From assembly GCA_965603825.1 (NCBI GenBank), contig CBFDEM010000014.1:186001-250000 (forward strand): a stretch of DNA of 64,000 bases, given 5' to 3'. Source of the DNA: Blepharisma stoltei ATCC 30299 (lineage: Eukaryota; Protista; Ciliophora). Below, piece after piece: positions 1 through 11,272 of the stretch (position 1 is the stretch's first letter; the number at the start of each line of letters is the position of its first letter). The position numbers and the translations under genes are program-made. The notes below the pieces were generated by a model, which saw only the letters and a program-made list of their open reading frames with translations, did not search any database and was not told the origin of the DNA.

Positions 1-479
1 GTATTTTTTGTATTTTTGTCAAAATCTTTAAAAGTATTTGTAGTTATATAATATTTGCCTGCAGCTATATAAGAGTCAACATTTATAACTGGAATAAAAT
101 AGATTTCAGAAGTTTGCACTAGATAAAGAGTATTAGGACTTGTATCGTTAGTCAAGAAATTCAATAAGTATAAAACTTGAGTCGTTGCTAAGAGTTGTTT
201 AGTTGTGTGAGTTCCCGTGATCAAAATTTTTGTCCTTAAGTTAGAACTTATGCCGTCTATATAATAAATACCAGCCTTAAGAAGTTTAATTCCCTCAATA
301 TTATTACCATCTACACTTTTTCCTAATGTTATAAGTGAAAGATCTGGAGAAGTAAAGCTGTTTAATTGAGCTGTAATTTCAGTCATGTTAAAATAGCCTC
401 TTAAATAGCCATTTGCTAAATTTGAATCATCTCATGAGTAAGCGAAATAGGCAAGAAATAATATCAAAGGCAATACCAT
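1..479 (-). CDS. 5' part of a tandem paralog of the pseudo-M14-carboxypeptidase membrane protein (runs off the left edge)
   Basis: 1..479 aligns without gaps to 2654..3132 (offset 2653, about 38 mismatches, ~92% identity). ATG at 479, same signal peptide, same in-frame TGA (YS-W-DD). Confidence 0.9.
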
Positions 480-633
480 TTTCGATTTATAAATTTATGG
501 AGAAAAATTGAGAAATTTAGAAATAAGTTATTATGTGGTCAAGCATAATACAATAAGTTGCATTAAATTTATTGATTCATAAATTAAAGCTATTAACAAT
601 GAATTTAAGTTCTGCATAATAACTAATCGTAAA

Positions 634-3132
634 TTATTTATATTCTGGGGGTCCTATTGATTTACTATCATCTACAAGGATTTCAATATCGTCATATTCT
701 TCACCAAATGAAGGATTTATATGTTGAAAAGATCCCTTTGAATTAGGATTTCCTAAGTTTGTTTCTCCACCTGGGCTAGAAGGAATACTAACTTGAAACC
801 CTCCAGCTTTAGGTTGTGGACTCCCAAAGTTTGGTCGTAAGTCTCCAGGATCAACCATTGGAGAAAAACCTTTTTTTTCTTGGTTTTTTGCTGAAAAATC
901 TGTAGGAGATCCTGCAAATATTGGCAATTGAGGTGCATCGACTATTTCTAGTTTTGTTGAGGGATCATTTCCAAATGATGTTCCTTTCATATGCGGTGGA
1001 ACATTGATTTTCCCTCTTTGAGCAGAACCTGGATCTAATTCTGGCGGCATAGGACCAAAGCCAGGAACATTTATATTTCCTTTTATTTCTGGCTCATTTT
1101 TAGAAATTAGCCCTACTCTCATTGGAATACTCAGACCCTCTTGCCTGGCACTTCTGATTTCTGGATTATCTATATCATGCCTAATACCAGCTCTTGGCAT
1201 CCCATATCCAATTCCTACAAAAGTTGAAGGGCTGCCTTCTCCTAAAGTAACTTCTCTAAATCCTCCTATATTTTCTCTTGATTTAGGCGGAGAATTCGGA
1301 ATTGAAATTTTTCCTCTTTGGCTTGGGGATCCCTCTCCTGTATTAAGCTCAAGCTGAAATTTGTTAGGCTCTTGACCTATATTTTTGATTTCAGATCCCA
1401 TGGGTCTAAAGCCGTTTAAATTGTGCTCAACAGTAGTATTTTTTGTATTTAGGCCTGCCATTGTCCCATGAGATTCAGTATTATGATTTCCATATATCTG
1501 CTCACTGTAAAATATTTTTGCAATTAAAACCCATACAGCAATCATAAAAATGCCTATAAAAACGCATATGGCAGCAACTGCAGCAAGTTCATGGTGTTCA
1601 CTTGACACTCTTATATAATAGAAAGCGCCATAATTTTCGGTATTTATAGCAGTTGATGGCTGAGTTGCTTTCCCAACAACACTTGAGTCAGAAAACGATA
1701 AAGCTGAATAATTGGCTGTAAGTGAGTTTGTCAATTTTGCCTGATAATTAATTGTCATTTCTTCACCATCATAAGTTAAATTTTTATAACTATAAAATGA
1801 AATAAAAATATTTGTGTTTGATAGTGCAGGTATAGAGCCAATATTTACTTCAAAACTGATTTTTTGTGTTGAATCACTGATATTTGTATAACTTAAAGTT
1901 GCAGCACTGTTACCAACGGTTATATTTGCAATCTCATAAGAATATGTAGATCCATATGTTGCTTTAAATATGAAATTTTCATCTGCATAAGAATCAGAAA
2001 GTCCTGAGTTCATAAAATAGAATCTCAAAATCACATAAGCATAAGCATTCTCATTGCTCGTACAAGTTTCATTTTTCTTACAAATTTCTTCTGAAATACT
2101 GCCAAATTCCATTTTATTGAGCGGACCACTTGTTAAAGCGATTTGTTTAAAAATTGCAGTATGATTTCTGCATGTGGGTAAAATATCAGCTTGACGTGCG
2201 TGGTAAGCTCCGGTAGAGATTCAAAATGAATAAATATTATTATCCATTCCATAGTCAATCAGTGCACCATTAACTAATATATTAATTTTTGAATATAAAG
2301 TTCCATATTGTACATCCAATAATAAGTTTGCAGAGTATGGTAAATTTCGGAAATAATTGTATGTTGATATATTTTTAAACGCGCTTGAATCAACACTTCT
2401 GAGATAACAATAAGGATAAAAGACATAGTTCCCATAACTGCTATAATGTATTCACATTTTGAAGCTTGTTGTGCTTATGAGTGTTTTAAGAGCCGCTGTT
2501 TCTGGCTCTGAAAAAGCAGAGTCTCCTCTGTACGCACCAGAGCATGGATCACTTGAAGATCCGGTATCATCTGCACCCCAATGTGAATCAAAGTTTCTAA
2601 AAAGATCGACTCCAGAATATTGCACACTAAGTGAAATTTACTTTGATTTGCAAGTATTTTTTGTATTTTTGTAAAAATCACTAAAAGTCTGCGTAGTTAT
2701 ATAATATTTGCCTGCAGCTATATAAGAGTCAACATTTATAACTGGAATAAAATAGATTTCAGAAGTTTCCAATAGATAGAGAGTATCAGAATTCGTATCG
2801 TTAGTCAAGAAATTCAATAAGTATAAAACTTGAGTTGTTGATAAAAGTTGAAGAGTTGAATGAGATCCCGTAATCAAAATTTTTGTCCTTAAGCTAGAAT
2901 TTATGCCATCTATGTAATAAATACCAGCCTTAAGAAGTTTAATTCCCTCAATATTGTTGCCATCCACACTTTTTCCTAAAGTTATCAGTGAAAGATCTGG
3001 AGAAGTAAAGCTGTTTAATTGAGCTGTAATTTCAGTCATGTTAAAATAGCCTCCTAGATAGCCATTTGCTAAATTTGAATCGTCTCATGAGTAAGCGAAG
3101 CAGGCAAGAAATAATATCAAAGGCAACACCAT
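634..3132 (-). CDS. Type I membrane protein, 827 aa: signal peptide, inactive M14 carboxypeptidase-like domain, one TM helix, G/S/P-rich tail
   Basis: One frame once 3 TGA are read as Trp and intron 2627-2641 is removed. M14 motifs YFIPVINVD, GVDLFRNF..HW, SSDPCSGAYRGDSAFSEPET, SYGNYVFYPY. TM segment LAAVAAICVFIGIFMIAVWVLIA. Confidence 0.88.
2627..2641 (-). other. 15-nt spliceosomal intron GTAAATTTCACTTAG
   Basis: Removes an in-frame TAA and joins the upstream ORF to the GVDLxRN motif. A at position 10. Confidence 0.92.
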
Positions 3133-3485
3133 TTTTCGGTTTATAAATCTGGAGAAAATTGTAGATAAATAAGCTATAATGCAACACATTAAGTCAATTA
3201 AGATTTACAAGACAATAATTAAATTATGTTATTTATATTTTATTCTTATAACAAAAGATTCATAAATGCATAATTAGATAACTGATTTAAGAATTGAAAT
3301 ATATATATCCTATATAAGGGATATGCTAAATTACTGAAATAATAATATTTAACTAAATTCAAGCATAGCATATAAAAAGCTAATAAGCACATCTAAAATA
3401 ACTATTGATTTTCGTAGCGATTCTAAACCATGATATTGCATTCCTTTAAATAATTATTTTAATCTCATCTCAGTTCAAATAATTT

Positions 3486-4214
3486 ATGAGTCAAGAAAAA
3501 TATTCGCTTAACGAATATATGTAAGTTTAATTTAGTGAAATTCTTCAAGATCACATCCAAACTTGCGAAAGAGAAAATAAATTTACTGAGGCTGAGCACG
3601 CAAAAAAAAGGCTAAACGATCTTTTAGAGCAAGAAGAACGTAAAAAAGTTAAAGAAGCCAAATTGAATCATGAAGCCGAAAGATCAGAACTTGAAGATGG
3701 GCATTTGCTAGAATTTCAGAATTTCGTTAATATATGAGACAAAAAGATAAGAGAACAAAAACAATTTTCTGAACAAGAATTATTTTCACTTATGAATAGG
3801 CATGAAAGAGAAAAATCTCAGCTTGAAGATCGACTTCAAAGCCAAATTCAAGTTAAGCCTAAGCCCACTGCTGAAATTTTGAATTTAATGAATATTAAAG
3901 AACGATTATTGAAATTAAAGGATTATGGAGAAGCACAGGTCGTGCAAAAAAGAATAAATCTACTAAATAAGAGTGAAATTGAAAATTGGGAAAAAGAAAG
4001 AAAAAGAAAAATGATGCAAAAATTGATTCAGCTAGAAAAAAGACAAGGGATAGAGATGAGTGCTTTGAAAATTAGGCTGAAAGCATTTGAAAATGATATT
4101 ATTAAAAAGAAATCGGAAGAGCTGGAGAGATTACTGCAAAAATATCAAAATATTAAGAAAGATCTAGAAAATTACCAAGTACAAGAAATAAACCATATGG
4201 TGATGCATAAATAA
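3486..4214 (+). CDS. Coiled-coil protein of unknown function, 237 aa
   Basis: ATG 3486, intron 3521-3535, TGA=W at 3735 (FVNIWDKK), continues into ORF 3792..4214. E/K/Q-rich heptads. Confidence 0.82.
3521..3535 (+). other. 15-nt intron GTAAGTTTAATTTAG
   Basis: Contains in-frame stops. Splicing restores the frame. A10. Confidence 0.9.
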
Positions 4215-4307
4215 GCTAAGATTTATTTATATGCAAATGAGCCAAAAAATAATTATTTGCATGCTAGTTTTTATAATTTTGAAATTTGGCACAAATTAAT
4301 TTAAAAT

Positions 4308-4889
4308 ATGATGCAAAGGAGAAGTGAGACAGAGCTTGATCAAGAAGCATTAATGAGGGATGAGGCTTCTAAGATGAAATATATTCGCACAAGCAAAACT
4401 AGAGTCATTGAAACTGAAATGAGCTCTAATTTAGGACTTCAAATCTTGGTTTTTTACAATTGATATTATTCAGTCTTGATGTTCTTCCTAATTGTGTGTA
4501 CATTCATATATAAACAGATTTACTTTGATATTGCCTGAAGCGGAATTGATATCATTTTTATTATACTCTGGGGTATGGCGGAATTTTTGAGGCTCCACTA
4601 TGGATTTTCAGGAAATATAAAAGAAAATTTTCCTGAGCTACTTGCCTTTGAAATTATTACACTTATATTTTCTGTTCCGCTTATGATTTATCAATTTACA
4701 GTTATACAAGCCCATCTTCCACTTGAAAAATCTCTTGGGATTATTCAATGAATCTTTATAGGCCTTGAAATAATTTTTGGATTAGCCGCAATTTTTAGGC
4801 TGGTGAAAAATCAAACTGCAATCTTCTTTTTACGAAATTCTCAGCCAGATGTTTATTATAGAAAAAGCTCAAACTTAAAAACAGATTAA
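4308..4889 (+). CDS. TMEM17: TMEM17/TMEM216-family ciliary transition-zone membrane protein, 193 aa (absent from the ORF track)
   Basis: Open with 3 TGA=W. Motifs SSNLGLQILVFYN, EFLRLHYGFSGNIKENFPELLAF, LPLEK. Four hydrophobic helices. Confidence 0.8.
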
Positions 4890-5143
4890 ATTAAGAACTA
4901 ATTTTTAAAATCAATATTTTAATAATGAATTTTTAATTTATTCAAATTCAAATAAAAATTTTAATTAAATTCGGTTTCTCCAATCAGTGGACTTTTATTT
5001 AAAATTCAAATTTCAGCCAAAAATATTTTTATAATTTTTGGATTAAGTATTCTTAATCATTAATTATATAAATAAATGCGCTTGATGAATTAACGCCATT
5101 TTTACTGTTTTTCTCAAAGAATTATAATCTAAACTGAGATAAA

Positions 5144-6538
5144 ATGGATATTGAAGAAGTCATATTCAAGACCCCAAAATCTTCTATTGATCATGTATTG
5201 GGGAGGATTGGCTTCGGAAAATACCAAATTTTGGTGCTTTGTATTGTTGGATCATTTTTATTGACAGATGGAGGAGAATTGCTTGTGATAACACTCATGG
5301 CAAGTGTTTTACAAAGAGAATGAGGGCTTTCAGACACTGATGTAGAGGTGATGGGAAGCTTGCTATTCTGTGGAGGCATGATAGGGACCTTGCTGGCTGG
5401 TCCGTTAGGAGATCACTTCGGTAGAAAAATTAGTTTAAGAGTTGGAGTCACTTGCTTTACTGCTTTATCACTTTCTTCAGCTTTCATGCCAAATTTCTGG
5501 AGCTTCGTGGCTGCCAGAATGTGCTTGGGCATTTGCCTTGGTGGTATCGTGCCAATTGCTACAACACTTCTTATTGAAACAGGAACGGAAACTTCAAGAG
5601 GACTAACAGCTTTATCAGGGCAGCTACTCTACCAAGTTGGAGTAGCCTATGTCGTTGTTTTAGCTGTATTTTTGATACCAGATCTAAAGCCAGTCCATTG
5701 GCGCGAACTTTTATTAATTTCTAGCATCCCAGCCTACATCAGTTCAATCATGGTCTGGTTTTTTATCGATGAAAGTCCTAGATTTTTATCCCTAAAACTC
5801 AGAAATAAAGAAGCAGTTGACGTGCTTAACAGAGTCGCGAGAGTCAACAAATCTCACCTTTTAGGCCCAGAAGAAGAAGAGAGCATTTCTCACATTGAAC
5901 AATCCCCAGAAACTCATTTTTCTGACCGAATAAAGAAGATTTTCAGCGGCGCTTATTTAAGAGTTACCATACAATGCTTTTTCTTATGGTGGTCTGTCGG
6001 TTTTCTCTATTTCGGAGTTGTGTTTATCCTACCCCGTACCCTTCAAAGTGAAGCCTCTGATTCTGAGGTCCTTCCTCAGCTTGCAATTATGAACTGTATT
6101 GAAGCTCCAGCAGGGATTCTTCCAATGTTCATTATTGAACATAAAAGTTTTGGGAGGAAAAATTCAATTATATTGACTAGTCTGTTTCAATTTATTACAG
6201 CCATTATATGTTCTCTTCCAATGGATGAAGCATTGTGGGCGGTGTTTGTAACTCTATTCCAGTTCTGGGGCATGGTGATCGGAGATATCATTTGCCCTTA
6301 TACAAGTGAATTGTATGAAACAAGCATCAGGACTACAGGATATTCCCTATGCTTTACGTTCACTAAACTGGCTGCCGTTTCATCACCTTTTATACTTTTA
6401 AGGCTGCATGAGTCAAATCCAATGTACCCTTACTACGCATTTTCAGTTGTAGGGGCTTTGAGCTTTATTAATTGTGCACTTCTACAAAAAGACTCCAAAG
6501 GCAAGGTGCTGGACACTATTGTAGTTGCGGTGAATTAG
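5144..6538 (+). CDS. MFS transporter, SV2/SVOP-like, 464 aa (copy 1)
   Basis: RIGFGKYQ, LQREW (TGA 5321), GDHFGRK motif A, WR..DESPRF, ELYETSIRTTG. Confidence 0.92.
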
Positions 6539-6798
6539 TTATATATAGAAAAATAATTAAATCTTTTTAATTATTTAAAAACTCGAAATTAATAATCAAT
6601 AAAATTATTATTTTTGATCTCTATTTGTTAATAAATTAACAAATAATTATCCAATTAAATATCTTTATTAGTCCTTTTTGGCTATCTATTTTCCAAAATA
6701 ATACCATATATTCCTATTATAAAATTAAAAATATTCATATGATGATGCCAGTAAAAATCATTATGTTGAAAGAAGTCTTGGGAAAATAATAACTATAA

Positions 6799-8190
6799 AT
6801 GGAATTAGAAGAAGCTATATTTTGTCATCCAAATTCAAGCATTGATAGAGTGCTTTCAAGGATCGGCTTTGGGAGATACCAGCTTTTGGTTCTTTGCCTT
6901 TGCGGATCCTTTCTAATGGCAGAAGGAGCAGAGCTTCTTATCGTCACCCTGATGTCTTCAGTTCTCCAAAAAGAATGAAACCTAAGCCTCGAGGTCGTAG
7001 AATTCATGGGAGGAGTCCTATTTCTCGGCACCGCAATTGGGACTTTAATTGCTGGGCCTCTCGGAGACGCATTTGGTAGAAGAAAATGCATGATATACTC
7101 CTCAATTCTATACTCAATTTTCGCAGTAGTCTCCGCTTTTATGCCTGACATATGAGCATTCATATGCACAAGATTTTTTTTATCAGTGTCCATAGGTGTT
7201 TTAGTCCCAATTGGAACCACTTTGATTGTAGAAACAGGTGTAGAAAACTCTAGAGGGTTAATAGTCCTAGCAGGACAATTGCTTTATCAAGTCGGAACAA
7301 TGATGGTTGGCCTCTTAGGTCTAGCATTAGTCCCAAAGCTCGAGCCTCTCTATTGGAGAGAACTTCTACTTATAGCAGCTTGACCAGCGTTTTTCAGCAC
7401 AATTTTGCTAATTTTCTTATTGGATGAAAGTCCAAGATGGCTTTCGATGAACGAAAAGCATGATAAATGTGTAAAAGTTTTAAACAAAATTGCAAGAATT
7501 AATAACGCAAGAAGATTGGCAAGAGAAGAAATTGAAGCGATTGAACTTATTGAAAAAACTGAAGTGGAAAACCATTTAGATAGGCTTGGGATGATATTTG
7601 GAGGCGACTATCTCCGGATAACGTTACAAGGATTTTTCTTATGGTGGTCAATTGGATTTTTATATTATGGGTGTGTATTTATTTTGCCAAGAACTCTGGG
7701 GGGTGAGTCAGATGGAGATGTCTTAACTGATCTCGCAGTGATGAGTGTCGCACAGTCTCCACTTTCTTTAATCCCTATGTTTTTGATAGAGCAAGACAAG
7801 TTTGATAGAAAAAATTTAATAGTGATAGTGTGTGCTTTTCATTTAGCAACTTCTTTGCTATGTTCATTCAATTTTAACAACTCATTTTATTATGTCTGTA
7901 TATCAGGCTTGCAAATCTGTGGAATGGTAAACAGCGACGTTATAGTTCCCTATACAAATGAATTATACTCAACAACAGTCAGAACGACTGGATATTCTTT
8001 ATGCTTTACCTTTATGAATGTCGCTGCTATTTTATCCCCATTCATTCTGTTAACACTTCATCATATGAATCCTATGTATCCTTACTACGCATTCTCTTGT
8101 GTAGCAGGTCTCAATCTTATAAATGGAATTTTTTTGAAAAAGGAATCAAACCTTGGATCCTTGGATACTTTTATAGTTAGTGTCAATTAA
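6799..8190 (+). CDS. MFS transporter, SV2/SVOP-like, 463 aa (copy 2, diverged tandem paralog)
   Basis: Single frame with TGA=W at 6976, 7153 and 7381. Colinear with copy 1 (RIGFGRYQ, GDAFGRR, DESPRW, ELYSTTVRTTG). Confidence 0.92.
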
Positions 8191-8274
8191 CGCTATGAGG
8201 TTGTCTCATGGTGAGGCAATCTTAAGTAATTTTTTACACTAATCATTGAATCCCTATTTTAATAGTAATTTAAT

Positions 8275-8796
8275 ATGGTAAAGCTTCTCAATTCCAGGCT
8301 CGAACGATTTGCAAAATTAAAGAAACTTGCTCCTCCAGCTGCATCAAAATCAGGATATGTTTATGTTAGCCATATGCCTGAAGGTTTTGAAGAAGACGCT
8401 CTTAGGAAATTCTTTTGGCAATTTGGCAAGGTGGTTAAAGTAAAGGTATCAAGAAGCAAAAAAACTGGAAGGTCGAAGGGATATGCCTTCGTCGAATTTC
8501 TAGAAAAAGACGTCGCGAAAATTGCTGCAGAAGCAATGCATGGGTTTCTTATTTTCGGGAAACAGCTAGTCTGTCGATATCTAGACGAGGTCAGCAAGTT
8601 TGCTATGGTCCCTTGCAAAAAACATATTGAGTCTCGCTATCCAGCCTTTAAAGAGAGATATAACGCTAAAGAAGAAAAAGAGGTGACCAAGCAAAGAGTT
8701 CAAAAATTGGTCGAGAACGAAGAAAAGCTTAAAGAGAAGCTCAAAGAATTGGGTGTGGATTATGATTTCCCTGGATATTCAGCTTTACTTAAATAA
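8275..8796 (+). CDS. NIFK: Nucleolar RRM protein, NIFK/Nop15-like
   Basis: RNP2 VYVSHMP, RNP1 SKGYAFVEF, C-terminal KLKELGVDYDFPG. Confidence 0.8.
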   Translation: MVKLLNSRLERFAKLKKLAPPAASKSGYVYVSHMPEGFEEDALRKFFWQFGKVVKVKVSRSKKTGRSKGYAFVEFLEKDVAKIAAEAMHGFLIFGKQLVCRYLDEVSKFAMVPCKKHIESRYPAFKERYNAKEEKEVTKQRVQKLVENEEKLKEKLKELGVDYDFPGYSALLK

Positions 8797-9594
8797 TTTT
8801 TACACAATTAATGCTGAATATGATTAAGATGTCTTATGAATGGTATTAAATTATGTTGTAATGTGGAAAAGTTTATTCAGAGTCCTTTATTAAAATTTTT
8901 ATGTCAATCTACATCAATTGATGAAAATACTAAATCTATACAGTACGGCTAGAGGATTTCGCTGTATTGGCTTGCAAGAAAATGATAAAATTTCAGTTCT
9001 TCTAGCTGAAATCAAAAGTTTCAGATATGGATTCTTTTAGATTTCTTCAAGCAGGCATCTTCTTGAATTTAAAAATTGAGACTTCAGGTTTTACATTTTT
9101 ATGTATGGTTTAGAAACGACCAGAATGAAATAATAAAGTATATGATTAATACTGAAGAAATCAGAGAAGAAAATATTGAAAATTTAATTGTGATAGGAAA
9201 TAAATACGGAAGTATGAAAGCAATTTTATAAGCATAATTGGAGAAGTGAATCCAGAAGAGAAGAAATCAAGTTTACTCATTGCTGAATATAGGCCAGCAG
9301 TCAATCAATGAATCTGAATATAATGATTATACGAATCCCGGAATCCTAAATTATATTTCTAGCCAAGGCTATCAATGAAATTTGATAGGATCAAGTAACC
9401 CAATGTTTGGAATGCAGTAGATGAGATCTGCCCAAGAGCTAGCTCTTTATTTGCACTTTAAAACTCAAGTAATCCTTTCAATTCTGGATCAACAAATAAA
9501 TTTCCTCCCACGAGTTTTAGCTAAATCTATATTTCCCCAATCATACCTAAATTTTAAGCAAAATACTTTTTAAATAATAAAATCTAATATTTTT

Positions 9595-10137
9595 ATGTTT
9601 AAATTTATTTCAATCAGAGTAGATGAAGTGACCCACTCGTCTATATCAATATCATGGACTATAGACTTACAAATCAAGCCAACTAAATTTCAAATTAACG
9701 TCAAGAAGCATACAAAACTACTAGTAGACCTTGGTACTATAGAAGCATCTAAAGCTGCAACTGGCTACACACTAATAAACCTTTCACCTTCCACACTTTA
9801 TGAAATAAAGGTAGCTCCTGCAATAAAAAGCAAAACCCTTTCATGATCCCTACCTGAAGTAGTTATGACTCTAAATCCTCCAAATAGGGACATTTTAGTA
9901 ACTTCTGAAAGGCTAGTACAAAAAGAATCTAACGAACTAAGAGAAATCCTGATGGCAAGGCGCAGCAGAAACTGGAATGATTTTACAAAAAATTCCTACA
10001 AGTTTTGTGTGCCACGAGAATTGAGTGAAGTAAGACTTAAACGAGTGCTATTATGAGGAGAAGCTATGACTGTACTAGAAGAAAATGGGTATGGCTTGAA
10101 TGATGATCATTTTTTAGGCCCAATATATAAAAACTAA
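9595..10137 (+). CDS. Fibronectin type III domain protein, 180 aa
   Basis: FN3 pattern VTHSSISISW...YTLINLSPSTLYEIKVAP...W(TGA)S. Second TGA at 10054, TAA at 10135. Confidence 0.7.
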
Positions 10138-10149
10138 TATATTTTTAAT

Positions 10150-11268
10150 ATGGCTTCTTTGCAAGACTATATATCCCAACTTAATCTGATTACTGAAAAA
10201 CTGACTAAAGAAGAATTTTCTGATAAAATCAAAGGAAGCTTGTTTGGAATGGCCATCGGTGATGCTCTTGGAGCAAGAACTGAATTTGTGAGCAAAGAAA
10301 AATGTATTGAATTTTGACAAAATAAGCCATTGAGTATGCTAGGATGGGAATGTTCAATGCCTAATTGAGAAGAAGGAGACTGATCAGATGATACAGACCA
10401 GACTTTGCTAATTATTTTGAGTTGGCTTGCTTTAGAAAGAGTTGATGATACTGATTTTGGTGCTAGGCTGAAGCATTGGCTAGATCATGGGTTTGAAGAG
10501 CTTGGGGATACAGGAGGATGTGGAGTGGGTGCTGTGACTCAAGAGGTAATATCGCATGAGAAATTTTTAGAGAGTCCTTGAATTGCTGCTTTAGAAGTTT
10601 TTGTGAAGAGAAATTGCAATTTAGCAAGAACTGGAGCTATAATGAGAACACATGGGCTTGGGATGATTGATTATGAGGACCTTGGAGCAGTAGTTAGAAG
10701 TGCAATTTTGATGGCCAAGGCGACACATAGTGATCCTAGAAGTGTTGGGTCTGCTGTAGCTGTGTCAGTTTCAATTTCATTGATGCTAAAAGGGCTTAGA
10801 AATATAGAGCAAGTCCTTGATATAGCATATGAAATTACCAGAAGAGCCATGGAGGATTACTTAAATCAATTAGATACCATGACTTCTTCAATAGCTGCAG
10901 AGCTTCAAAATATTTATCTTCAGCAAAAACCTAACATAATTTTAAGCTCTAACCCAGAAATCCTCAGAAAATACATCAGACCATCAATTGAAAATGACCT
11001 TATTCCTCTCGAAGAAGAAGGTGATGGATACACTTATAAATGCATGGGAGTTGGTTTTTGAGGATTATCTCAAAATGATTACTCCACCATGATTAGACGC
11101 GTCATTACCGAAGGGGGAGATGCAGATACAAATGCAGCTGTAGCTGGCTCTCTTCTAGGCTGCCGAATCGGCTACTCTCAGCTTCCCCAATCCCTTATCC
11201 TCCAACTAAAGCACCGAGTTTGGCTAGAAAACATAGCAGACCATCTGATTAATAAAATTTATCACTAA
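10150..11268 (+). CDS. ADP-ribosylglycohydrolase (ARH/DraG family), 372 aa
   Basis: KIKGSLFGMAIGDALG, GDW(TGA)SDDTDQ, GAIMR, THSDP, GGDADTNAAVAGSLLG. 5 TGA=W. Confidence 0.93.
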
Positions 11269-11272
11269 TATA

